DNA of 63,579 nucleotides, counting the filler, from Octopus bimaculoides (taxonomy: Eukaryota): assembly GCF_001194135.2 (NCBI RefSeq). It is 7 parts of 6 records of this genome, joined end to end, with 100 filler letters (N's around TTAATTAATTAA, not from the genome) between each part and the next. Parts side by side here need not be neighbours in the genome. Positions count along the whole stretch, not along the records: positions 18,098 to 27,243 come from NC_069000.1; positions 27,344 to 29,630 come from NW_026415854.1; positions 29,731 to 34,467 come from NC_069000.1; positions 34,568 to 59,947 come from NC_068987.1; 3 more parts are not named here. One strand, given 5' to 3'. The notes beneath the pieces were generated by a model. It searched no databases and was not told where the DNA came from. It worked only from the letters and a program-made list of their open reading frames with translations. Position 1 is the stretch's first letter. The number at the start of each line of letters is the position of its first letter. Shown in pieces: positions 23,194-35,157 of this stretch. Position numbers and translations under genes: made by a program.

Positions 23194-25993
23194 TATGTAC
23201 TTAGCGTGAAAAAAATAGTACATTTTTGTGGGTGAGGGAGGCGAAGGAAGAAAATATATATGTGTGTATAGGTGTGTGTATGTATACAAATATGTATGTG
23301 TGTGTATTTAATAGAAAGTCTCTTTGAATGGAGACAAAATACATATTTCTTATTGACAGTTCAATTGTCACCGGAAGTTACCTTTGAATGTGAAGCTGGT
23401 TTCCGGTTGCTTGCTAAGAAACAAAATACATTGAATCTTACGTTTTGTGTTTCCTTAGTACGGAAATCCATTATAGTTATTCAACCCTGTTTGGTTAGTA
23501 TTTTAATTTATTTTTTCTCTCTCTCTGTCTTTCTAATGGATTCTGACTTACTAAAGTAACAAAAGCAAACGACAAAGGAACCCAAGTATAAAACAAGCAC
23601 AAACATGTTTAGAAGTAAGAAAATAATACTACGTGTGTTGTGATAGACATCTGGATTGATGTGAATAAGTCGTTCTATGGAAATTTGTTGTGATTTGTCA
23701 ATTTGTATATATTGTAATAGCAAAATCAACAGTACAAGAAAATACAAATGGTAGTTGTAGGAATATGGAGGGATAAATGAAAGAAAACAAAACTAAATAA
23801 TGTAGTATGTCACGTTATTACCGACTTTTGTTGTAAGCTAAATAATTATAAAATGTTCGTTGAGTAATTAGTGAATGCCCCAGATAAAGTAATTAATGCA
23901 TGTTAAATGAATTATAAGCATTATCGATTATTGGCCTTTCTTTATTAGTAAAAAACTATTAAAAGTGTGTCCATGTAAATGTTGCAAAAAAAAAAAATGC
24001 GGCGTGTTGGCAGAATCGTTAGCACACCGAGTAAAACGCTTAGCAGCATTTCGACCGTCTTTACGTTCTGAGTTCAAATTCAGCCGACGTCGACATTGCT
24101 TTTATCCTTTCGAGGTCGATAAAATAAGTACCAGTTGAACACTGGGGACAATATACTCGACTTACACCCTCCCACGAATTTGCTGGCCCTGCGCCCAAAT
24201 TTGAAACCAATATAAATGTTGTAAATATTCGCTTTAATATTGTAAAAATAAGTAATATTGTAATCTTAATTATTGTAAGAAATCGATATTTGTAATTCCC
24301 AAGAGCAAAGAATGCCAGAAATATAAAACTCTATATTGAGCGCTATATTTATTAACATCCTTTTACACTCCGTGTTCAAACCTCTCAGGGATTTGCTTTC
24401 TATTTTATCTCTCCAGAGGCTGATCTAATGATAGACACTTCAATTGAATAATAATGTGTTTCCCTTGTGAATTTTAAGAAACCACCAACTAATGACAGTG
24501 ATTTCTAACATTTTCATAAAGCCTCAAATATGATTTGCAGTGGTTTAATCATTGAACAGATCAGTTAATGTATTTGACAGACACATTTTATCAAACTCCA
24601 GCAAGATGAAAGGCAAAGTGGACGCCGAAAGAAAACGTAACAAATCGCTACACTGTCCACTTGCAGTTAAATATATGGTAATTCACTGACGCAATCCTGA
24701 CTGCTCGGCGAAATGTAACGCATTCTATTTCCTACACAGGTCTACATGTCTAGTCGAACTTTTTCTTGGTGCGCTAATTCATGCAGTAGGGAACGTACGT
24801 AAGATTAGTGGAATGGTATCTTAATATGGATCCTGAATACAACATTGATCTATATCTCTTCTTTTGTTATGCCTGTACCTGGTGTACCCTTATCAGCGTT
24901 TAACTGGTACTTATTTTATCGAACTCGAAGGGATGAAAGGCAGAGTCGATCGCGGCGGAATTTGAACTCAACATAAAGACAGACGAAATAGCGCTAAGCA
25001 TTTCGCCCGCCGCGCTAACGATTCTACTAACGCGCCGCCTTAAACAATAACAGTTATAATAGCAGCTGAAAGAGAATCTCATTCTAACTCACACTTGCCT
25101 TATTATAAATCAAGACGAAATGCTATACTCCTTAGAGGCCGATAGAATGACTTCCAGTATTTGTTTCGGTTCACGACCTTCTTAATTCTAATCCAAATGA
25201 GATCGATTTTATCATCCCCTCTGGATAGAAAAATATATTTCCAGTTCAGGGCTTTATATAGGGGAAAATTATTAGATAGTTTGACCATATTATTTGTTGT
25301 ATTACTTGCATTGTGTGTTTGTTGACGGCAACGCCTGCCATGAAACTGATGCACAGTTGTGTCTGTTATCGCCATTCCCCTTGAATAACATTAGCAATTT
25401 TCTTCATGCAGATGTATGGCCTCGCGAAATATACTGAGTCCTTGAATTATGAAAAATTTTCCCGTTGGGCTTATTACTGTAATAAAATAATGTTGTATTA
25501 CTGTGACGTCTGAATTTCTACCGTTTTAACGATGTATAATCGGATGAAAATGAATTCTCAGGCGCCTGATGACGTTAATATTAAATTTTATTCATTTTTG
25601 CAAGTAGAATATTAATCTCTGGATGTGGATATAAAAGTGAGATTTAATCGTCTGCTTCAGTGAAATTATTTCAACGCTTATTTCTATTTAAGTAATGAAA
25701 AAATAACGTAACAGTAATATCTTTTCATGAACAAAAGACAACCAGCCAACACAAGATTATTAATTTTGGTTTTAATATCCTGGTAATAACAAGTCGTTTG
25801 CATGTGCGTGCAGCGTAGGAAAACCTAGTATGATGTAATATTGCGTAAAGGATTCCACTAGTATTAAAAAAACAAATATTTTCTGTTTTCATCGTGGAAT
25901 ATTACTGCACTGAACAATCAACTGTTTCACATAAAGGTATGATGCAAAGTTCAAGGGTAGCAAAAAGCATATGTGGTTATGATGATGACGATG

Positions 25994-26068
<75 letters not shown>

Positions 26069-26084
26069 TTATTGTTATATTGAA

Positions 26085-26630
26085 TTAGAGGGCAGCACAT
26101 GCCATCAAAGTGAAATATACGTAGAAATGTACGGGTGAACAATATACTCACCATGACTATCTGTCTCATAAAGGTACACCAGGTACATGCATCATAACCG
26201 CGCGGCATGTGACCTGATATCAAGATAATTTACACATGACCTTTCAGGTGGGTCCCAGTTAGAATTTTTATTTCAGGTCGAGTAGCCCATCCCGCTCAAA
26301 AGGCCCGTGAGTAAGAGTTGTTAACGGATGATGAACGGGACACCTATATTTCCACTTCTGAGTTATTCAAAACTCAAAAATCTCATTCAACACATTGCTA
26401 TGCTGTTTCCCCAGTATTTCTGCTCGTGATCAGGGATGCACATATCATCAGCCACTGAGGAACATGCTCAACTGGTGAAGATCAAGCAACTGGCAAGCAA
26501 ATCTACGGTAGTGAGCAGAATATGTGATGTAGTGCAGCTTTTACACCAAGACAAAACATAGACATGATAACGTTTACAATCAGTTAATATCAAAAACCAT
26601 GAGAGCCAGTGTCTTGTATTGCATCAGAGC
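26085..26630 (-). mobile_element. Non-autonomous interspersed repeat, same family as 540-1892
   Basis: Shares cttctgctcgtgatcag(a/g)gatgcacatatc and downstream blocks; flanked by AAT/TAT arrays. Confidence 0.7.
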
Positions 26631-26635
26631 AAATT

Positions 26636-26640
26636 ATTAC

Positions 26641-26689
<49 letters not shown>

Positions 26690-27240
26690 TGTTTGACTTT
26701 TGCTTTGTATTTGTACAAGTTGACTCCAAGTCTCACCCAGACACCTCAAGAGAAAACAAGTTACGCCTAGGGTGTCATAGACTTGGCTTTGCACATATTA
26801 TTGTTCAATAGAATGTTTAAGAAAACGAAAATGACCATTAATGTGTAAAGGGTTTGTCAACGTCGGCATTATTAACTCTCTTTGGGTATTTGCCATTAGG
26901 AGGTTTTTTTTGCCATTTATCAGTAAGAATATTATCTAAGGCAGCAGTTTTAGCACTAGTTTTCATATGCTTAGCTTCTTCTTTGCGCGTTTCCAGTACG
27001 TCTGCTTCTGGGAGTGTTGACACGGGTTACGCTTATTATTATTATTATTATTATTATTTTATGTTTGACTTTTGTTTTGCATTTGTACAAGTTGGATCCA
27101 AGTCTCACCCAGAGACCTCAAGAGACAACAGGTTAGAAGTTCATGTAGGTGTTATGCCTAGGGTACCATATATTTGGATTTGTACAGTTTTGTTCAAGTG
27201 AATGTTTAAGAAACCATAAGAAAATTATGTGTTTGCTTTA
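26636..27240 (-). mobile_element. Two R4/Dong-type LINE 3' ends plus an internal ORF fragment
   Basis: Homologous 3' UTRs at 26690-26825 and 27060-27215, each with an (AAT)n tail on the minus strand. Between them is DKWQKKPPNGKYPKRVNNADVDKPFTH, like W..KPLHG.Y....ADVD...T..WL of R4-clade ORFs. Confidence 0.75.
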
Positions 27241-27460
27241 AAANNNNNNNNNNNNNNNNNNNNNNNNNNNNNNNNNNNNNNNNNNNNTTAATTAATTAAN
27301 NNNNNNNNNNNNNNNNNNNNNNNNNNNNNNNNNNNNNNNNNNNCATATGTGGGCACAGGACGTCATGAAACGTGTACAACAAAAAATCCGAAGTACGATT
27401 ACATGGAATATGAACTGTTTTTTCGAACAACGAAAGACACAAATAGAAAACAAGACAAAT

Positions 27461-27497
<37 letters not shown>

Positions 27498-28219
27498 AAC
27501 AGAGAGAGAGAGATAGACATACATATATACATACATGTATATATATATGAACGAGCTTATCCATTATGTGTATATGTGACTATATATATACATTTATATG
27601 AACGCATGCCTATATAATACGTGTGTGTATTCATATTATTCTATACATACATGTGATGTGTATGTATTTACATCTATGCATGTATACATAAATGTGTGTG
27701 TATAAATATGTGTATGAGTGTACGTATAATGTATGTATAATTGCTTACATGTTATACATGCATATATGTGTGTATATGTGTCTGAGTTTGTAAATATATG
27801 TTTGTGAATATGCGTATACATATATTTATGTTTGCATATATGTGTGTATATGGATTTATATATACACAGATGCATAGGCATACATAAACGCGCGCACAAA
27901 CTTGCATATATGTATACATTCATCATAGGCATACTAGTGTTTGTGCGTGTATACATATGTGCGTATGTCTATATGTATTGCATTTATCTATTTGTATCAA
28001 TGTATATGTATATAATACACCCGTTTGTGATGAAACCATAATATGCCTGAATCTATTCAGTAGACCAACCTCTATAATCAGAGCCATTAGAAATTATATT
28101 AGTTATATAAGAAAAAGTGTTACCATTAAGGCCTTTAGTTACGGTCCAAACGGTATTCATGCATTCATATCTTCCATTCATATTAAATATTGCATCGGGG
28201 CACACATTATTACGAAATA

Positions 28220-28339
28220 CAGGGTGTCCACAAGGTCTGGGTACATGGAGTAAATAAAATCATAACATAAACAATTAAATATAAGAAATAATTTCTTAAT
28301 GTGTTAATCCGCATGTACCCAGACTTTGTGGACACCCTG
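28220..28339. mobile_element. 120-bp Tc1/mariner-type MITE
   Basis: TIRs cagggtgtccacaaggtctgggtacatg / catgtacccagactttgtggacaccctg, with TA on both sides. Confidence 0.9.
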
Positions 28340-28421
28340 TAGATACACAGACACACATGCAAACACGCATGAAGACACACACTAACACACACTCAAACAT
28401 ATATATCAGAGTTATACCTGC

Positions 28422-28463
<42 letters not shown>

Positions 28464-28568
28464 NNNNNNNNNNNNNNNNNNNNNNNNNNNNNNNNNNNNN
28501 NNNNNNNNNNNNNNNNNNNNNNNNNNNNNNNNNNNNNNNNNNNNNNNNNNNNNNNNNNNNNNNNNNNN

Positions 28569-28610
<42 letters not shown>

Positions 28611-29597
28611 TATATCGCATTTATGTATATGATTTACGTATTATATACTTATGTATATGATATAATATGTGCTTGCTTGTGTATTAGAGATGTGAATATG
28701 ATTAACTTGACGTGGATTATTTAAGGTAGCGGGTTGGCTGAATGGTTACCATAATTGTTAGCAAAATTCTTAGCGGCATTTCGTCCGTCTTTACGTTATG
28801 ATTTCAAATTTTGTTGAGGTCGACTTTCCCTTTCATCATTTCGGAACCAGTTGAACAATGAGGAAGCGAGGGCGATGTAATCGGCTTTCCACCCTCCCCC
28901 GATATAGTTGGCTTTGTGTCAAAAGTTGAAACCAATATTACTATTTTGTATTCAAATATAACAAATATATAACATACGATTTAGAATTTTAACTTGATAT
29001 TTATTACGTAGAAATATTACTGATATCGAAATATCTACAATCATATCGGTAGCAGAATGGAGGTAATATCAGATTGGAAAAAATCTATAGTTCGATTCCC
29101 AGAGAGGCAATTATTGAATGATTGATTATGTGTTTATTACAGCTGAATATAATTTTTAACATTCATGCACTAGATATGTTCGCTTATCACACATGTGAAT
29201 TGTCACTAAAACAAGCACACATACTTTTCATTTATTTACTCACAGACTAGTTAAATACGCATCTGCTTTGTGCATTTGTTCTCAGGCACGCGCATGTGCC
29301 ACACGCTTCATTAATATATTTATGCATAAATATATTAATTAAAGACTTGCCATTAAATGTCATTAATGGAACTGTAAAATTTTGTAATACATTCCAGAGT
29401 TTTATCATGTGACATGTTATCATGCGCAAAGATAGACATGCATCTGTACATATATCTACGCACACATAAATAGATATGTTTATATTAGTGTTTGTTTTTA
29501 CGTCAAATTAAATGTAAAAACAATTGATGGAAGAGTCCATTATGTAGGTGTATATACATGATGTAGTATGTGTATATGTATGTGTATGTATATATGC

Positions 29598-29630
<33 letters not shown>

Positions 29631-29989
29631 NNNNNNNNNNNNNNNNNNNNNNNNNNNNNNNNNNNNNNNNNNNNTTAATTAATTAANNNNNNNNNNNNNN
29701 NNNNNNNNNNNNNNNNNNNNNNNNNNNNNNGAAGTAGAGTAGCTCTTCCCCCTATAATTCTCTAACAAATTCACTCACAAGGCTTTTGTCCGCCCGAGGC
29801 TATAGTAGAAGTAACTTGCCTACGCATGTGGTTAGGAAACAAACTTCTCACCACACAACCACGTTTGTTCATTAGTTCGACCTGTTAGAAATTGGAAGGC
29901 GCCAAATCCGGAATGTACACCTCCGTTTTATTCTCTGTTATCAAATAAAAATAGATGTAAAAAAAAAAAAAAAAATTGCCTTCATTGGC

Positions 29990-30200
29990 TTTAAACGCTT
30001 TCAGAAGATCAGAAGAGATTTTCACGTGTCTCTCCTTCAAATTAAGGGTTAACTACAGGTGTATCAAATTTGCACACACTTTCCGATACCCCAAATCTTC
30101 CACCATCTCCTGTAATGCATTGAGCCAACAGTTCCAGTTGTGCAGCAAGCTCACGGATTGTGATTCGTCTCTCAGAGCGAATTAATTCGTCCACTCATGG
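29990..30200 (-). pseudogene. Mariner transposase HTH fragment
   Basis: VDELIRSERRITIRELAAQLE. Confidence 0.7.
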
Positions 30201-30539
30201 AGATTCGAGTTGCATGTTGCTTCTGTTTGAAGCCCATTATGTTCCACAATGAAGAAGAGTTGCTATAGAGAAAATGTTATTCTACCAGCATGTGCAGTTT
30301 GAACGGACTGTATCTGTTAGTAAAGAAGATATGCCCTCTTGTGCAGTATTTTGGAGACAAACCTCGTATGTACATACACATACACACACACATACATACA
30401 TACATACATACATACACACACACAGACATTTATGTATGCATATATACACGCATATATGTGTATATATGCACACATATAAATATACACATACATAATGACT
30501 GTCCATTTGTGTCCAAAGAAGACCGTCACTAACTATAAA

Positions 30540-31180
30540 AAGAAGACTCATGCTTTTGATAGTGGCTCTTTATATCCGCTAAGCCCTTGTATTTCTTTTG
30601 GCAGACCCTACAAACAAAGATGTGTACACATCTATCAGAATGTATTTCGATGTGTAGCACTGTGATTTTTAAAGCACCAATAGACTTGCAAACCTTCCGA
30701 TGCATAATTGCTCAGCATATTACGTATTCTTTTCTCATGAATGCTCTATTGTCAACGTCTTGCCTGACCCGATGAATTCGTTGGTGACTAATGAGCCAAG
30801 CCTTGAAAAATTACGATATAAAAACCCAAACGTACTCGTCTTCATACGTTGCATACCGAACATCATCCAACCGCCTCACAATTTGTTCGTTAGCTCACAG
30901 AATGTCTGCATCAGAAATACGAACTTCTTCAAAAATATCCGCACTATCCTTTAGTCATTTTCTCCATTACTGACGGTCAAAGGCAGTTCTTTTCCATTTG
31001 AACTTCATTGTTTCATATGCTTTTCAGGAGGATTTTACACAGTCCTTAAACCACAACCCTGACTTGTGCTAAGTATGTTTTCTGCATAAAGCTGCTCATC
31101 ATACAGCGTCTGTTTCAGGATCCTTTTATCATTCATTCGTGTAAGGTATTCTATCCAACGTAAACGATACTTGTGCTCCG
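30540..31180 (-). mobile_element. RTE-type LINE ORF2 C-terminus with three C2H2 zinc fingers (decayed)
   Basis: KYRLRWIEYLTRMNDKRILKQTLYDE, then SRLG/LISHQRIH, KVCKSIG/KNHSATH and an intact FVCRVCQKKYKGLADIKSHYQKH (30550-30618). Confidence 0.75.
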
Positions 31181-31524
31181 CTGTAAAGGTCTACTAATAG
31201 AGGCATATTCAGAGTTGTCTCCCATATTTGCCTGAAATTAACCGCTGAACTTAATGTTATTGTCTAGCACTTTTGCATAGGAGAAACTTCATAAATATAT
31301 ATATATAATACCTAATACTAAAGAATTGAGTTAGCAAATCATTCTAATACTTCATCTACAATCGTTTCATCATTAGTCAATATAATCAATCTTACGTAAA
31401 GTTTTAACCATTCCAGCAATTATTGGTTATAACACTACGCAAGATTAATTATATTGAATAGTGATGAAGCGCTTGTAAATAAAGGATTAAAATGATTTGC
31501 TAACTCGTCATTCTACGATATTTG

Positions 31525-31557
<33 letters not shown>

Positions 31558-31972
31558 NNNNNNNNNNNNNNNNNNNNNNNNNNNNNNNNNNNNNNNNNNN
31601 NNNNNNNNNNNNNNNNNNNNNNNNNNNNNNNNNNNNNNNNNNNNNNNNNNNNNNNNNNNNNNNNNNNNNNNNNNNNNNNNNNNNNNNNNNNNNNNNNNNN
31701 NNNNNNNNNNNNNNNNNNNNNNNNNNNNNNNNNNNNNNNNNNNNNNNNNNNNNNNNNNNNNNNNNNNNNNNNNNNNNNNNNNNNNNNNNNNNNNNNNNNN
31801 NNNNNNNNNNNNNNNNNNNNNNNNNNNNNNNNNNNNNNNNNNNNNNNNNNNNNNNNNNNNNNNNNNNNNNNNNNNNNNNNNNNNNNNNNNNNNNNNNNNN
31901 NNNNNNNNNNNNNNNNNNNNNNNNNNNNNNNNNNNNNNNNNNNNNNNNNNNNNNNNNNNNNNNNNNNNNNNN

Positions 31973-32009
<37 letters not shown>

Positions 32010-32011
32010 AT

Positions 32012-32215
32012 ATGCCATAACTCTTCGAAACGCCAGTGTTATAATGGTGGCAGCTGATGAAGGATATGTTCTCTATGTGGCCTGTGTGTTTTTTGTACCT
32101 TGTCTATCATTTTGTCCATGTTTTTTTGCAAGGTCATGTACCCAGATATGCATCTATATATACATGTAGATGAAGGTATGTACATACATGTACATATATA
32201 TCGATATACTCATAT
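32012..32215 (+). mobile_element. Second copy of the hammerhead-motif repeat
   Basis: gccataactcttcgaaacgccagtgttataatggtggcagctgatgaagg...; aligns with 20600-20815. Confidence 0.6.
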
Positions 32216-32246
32216 ATTATTTATATATATATGTATATACATATAA

Positions 32247-33455
32247 TAGTGGGTTGTTCGAAAAAGGTCAATAAATACTTGCCATTACATTTTTAATCAA
32301 CCAAATATGAATTATTTTGTTGCACAATGCGTCTCTATCTTTCCTTGAAAATACCCTCTTCCCAGAATTGAGGTGGTTTCGTGGCAAAGAATTCATCAAG
32401 GTATCTTTTTACGTCATCCAAGGAATTGAAATGTTTACCATTAAGACTATTCTGCAGAGACCTGAATAAGTGGAAATCTGAAGGAGCAATATCTGGTGAA
32501 TATAGAGGGTGGGGTAACACATCCCAGCCGAGCTGCAGCAATTTTTGTCTGGTTCCCAAAGAAACGTGCGGTCTTGTATTATCATGATGGAAAACAACAC
32601 CCTTCCTGTTGGCCAATTCTGGATGTTTCTCTTGAATTGCTGCTTTTAACTCGTCCAGTTGTGTGCAGTATNNNNNNNNNNTTGGGAGAAGCTCATAGTA
32701 CAGAATTCCTTTCCAATCCCACCAGACACAAAGCAAGACTTTTTAGGGTGAAGACCCGCTTTTGGGGTGGCTAAGGGTGGCTCATGTTGCTTACTCCAGG
32801 ATCGCTTTCTCTGAACATTTCGGTAGATAATCCATTTCTCATCACCTGTCACAATTTGCTTTAAAAAAAGGTGCGTTTTCATTCCGTTTATAAAGCGAAT
32901 CACAGATGGAAATGCGATCCAAAAGGTTCTTCTCACTCAGCTCATGTGGTACCCAAACATCGTAGCGATTTGTGTACCCAAGATTTACAAGGTGCTCATG
33001 AACAACAGAGTTTGATAGTTTGAGGCTTTCTGCCAATTCTCGGGTTGTGCAATGTGGGTTGTTCTCAATTAATGACTTGATTTGGTCATCATCTGTAGTG
33101 GATGGTCTGCCTGATTGCTCTTTATCAATAAGGCTACAATCTCCAGCTCGGAACCTTGCGAACCATTTCCGTACAGTTCTTTCAGATAAAGAAACATCAC
33201 TGTAAACTGCGCACATTTCTTTGGTTGCTTATGAGGCATTTTTCCCTTTACGGAAAAAGAAAAGCATGAAGTGCCGAAAATGAACTTTCTAATTTTCCAT
33301 TTTAAAGGGTTACAAAATTAACACATATTATAGGAACATAAACCTTCTTCCACGAAAAGATAGCTTAAACTTTGCTCTAAATGGAGGTGTAGTCAAATCA
33401 TATTTTATGGACTCAACCATGTTAAATCGGCACGAACTTTCCGGACAACCCAATA
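32247..33455 (-). mobile_element. Near full-length mariner (D,D34D) transposon, inactivated
   Basis: ATG at 33300 with an early stop. Peptides WFARFRAGD, WVPHEL, IVTGDEKWI, LHPKK, CVWWD, FHHDNTRPH and HPLYSPDIAPSDFHLF. TIR tattgggttgtccggaaagttcgtgccgattt at 33424-33455, degenerate at the other end. Confidence 0.95.
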
Positions 33456-33575
33456 TATCAGTACACACACACTCATACACACATATAAATACATATGTGT
33501 ATGAGTGTGTGAGTGTGTGTGTGTGTGTGTGTGTACGTACTGATATACATTATATATATATATATGACAAATATC

Positions 33576-33638
<63 letters not shown>

Positions 33639-33644
33639 TGTATG

Positions 33645-33830
33645 TGAAGTCGCGTGGCATTGCGGTTAGGCTGTCACACTCATGATTATAGATTATGGCT
33701 TCGATTCCTAGACCGGACGATGCATTGTGTTCTTAAGTAAAACACTTCATTTCACGTTTCTCCAGTCCTCTGAACTGGCTAAATTGAGCAATCCTGTGAC
33801 GGAACGGAGTTCCATCGGAGAGGTATATAC
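33645..33830 (+). mobile_element. Family F SINE, diverged
   Basis: gtcgcgtggcattgcggttagg...ggcttcgattcc...taaaacacttcatttcacgt. Confidence 0.7.
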
Positions 33831-34289
33831 CCTACAAAATCTGGGAAACCGGTCTTATGAGCCTTTGGATCGGGAAGGACCCCCATACATACACGTATAC
33901 ACATATGCATACACACACACACAATGTACATATATAATGTATCCTTATTATCGTGGGCTTTCCTGATTCGAGAAGTTGTTTCCTTCACTTTAGTTGTTTA
34001 CATTTCGTCTTCCTCAAAAATGGATGGCCAGGTGACTGGAAATCCAGGTTTAATTCAAGTGTTCGATAACATTCTTTGCACCAGATGATGGCAAGACTTT
34101 TCTCTTTTCATTTGACGATTTTGGTGCTCCTTGCAATGCTGGAAGAATTCAGAGCTAAGAATGTTTACAATATTAGAACTACTTCTAATTTAAAATTTGA
34201 ATTTTGTTTCACTTGTGTGGTGCTGTTGTACATCAGCAGATAGAATTTACGTTGTATATATATATATATATATATATCAATTTTTTTTT

Positions 34290-34467
34290 TTTTCTCCCAA
34301 TTTTTTTTTTCTCCGTGTTTTTCTCCTTGTCTCCGTATTCTTTCTGTTGAAGAGCGTAGCTCGAAACGTCAAAGACTTTCCGTATTCCCGAGCGTCATAC
34401 TAATACATCCTTTTGTTATTTACACCACCTGTCCTCGTCTGTTGTTGTTTTTTCGTATATTCTCCCA
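34290..34467 (+). mobile_element. Penelope-like terminal repeat fragment (second copy 36225-36405)
   Basis: gaagagcgt(a/cg)gctcgaaacgt(c/t)aaagactt is shared by the two copies, both TA-flanked. The family name is inferred from motif style. Confidence 0.5.
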
Positions 34468-34947
34468 NNNNNNNNNNNNNNNNNNNNNNNNNNNNNNNNN
34501 NNNNNNNNNNNTTAATTAATTAANNNNNNNNNNNNNNNNNNNNNNNNNNNNNNNNNNNNNNNNNNNNACGAGAGAGAGAGGGAGAAAAAGAGAGAAGAGG
34601 AGTAAAAGAGCGAGGAAGAAAGAGAGGTCGAGAGATAGAGGTAGTTAGAGGAAAAGGGAGTGATAAAATGGAGAGAGAGGGAGAATGGAAAAGAGACAGA
34701 GAGAATATAATGAGTGTGATGTAAATGGTTCATGGCCCGAATTCGGTTTGTAAGATGCGTTGCTTTTTGTAAATAATAAATAAGCGATTTCCAAATGTAT
34801 CGTGTGGATACAATCACCCAGCACAATACACTCACCCAACGCCCATACATATACGCACACAAAAATAAGCATACACATACACACGCACATGCACATACGT
34901 ATACAGATACACACAGACACTTTAATAAAATGCGGTTATCTTCTTAC

Positions 34948-35157
34948 CTCTATAGTTGGCTGCATATCCACGTCGTCATCGGAAGCCTCCCCGACCACAT
35001 CAGCCATTATACCGAAAGTATCAACAGCAACACCGAGATCGCCAGGATAAAGTTGTAGCTTTTGGTCCGATTTATTCTCGACAATGTCAAAAATGGTGTT
35101 TGAAACATCGTTGATGTTTTGAGAAGTGACCCTCTCTGACAATAATAGCTGTTCAGC
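34948..35157 (-). CDS. Adhesion GPCR coding exon C: start of GAIN domain (helical subdomain A)
   Basis: Acceptor tcctcttttctattcttttctag, 210 nt, donor GAG|gtaaga, phase 0 to 0, continuous with exon B. Translates AEQLLLSERVTSQNINDVSNTIFDIVENKSDQKLQLYPGDLGVAVDTFGIMADVVGEASDDDVDMQPTIE; LYPGDLxxAV resembles the L.xGDL..+V GAIN-A motif that follows HRM. Confidence 0.85.

Noticed and set aside
23360-23440. Plus-strand VTFECEAGFRLL resembling a Sushi/CCP motif
   Set aside because: The remaining CCP Cys/Trp pattern is absent and there is no convincing donor.
25103-25375. 90-aa minus-strand ORF in unique sequence
   Set aside because: No domain resemblance and no consistent acceptor/donor pair.
34341-34376. 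Minimal hammerhead in tgaagagcgtagctcgaaacgtc (also about 36288-36315)
   Set aside because: C3 is not conserved, stem II has only 1 bp and stem I does not register; at best a decayed Penelope-type motif.
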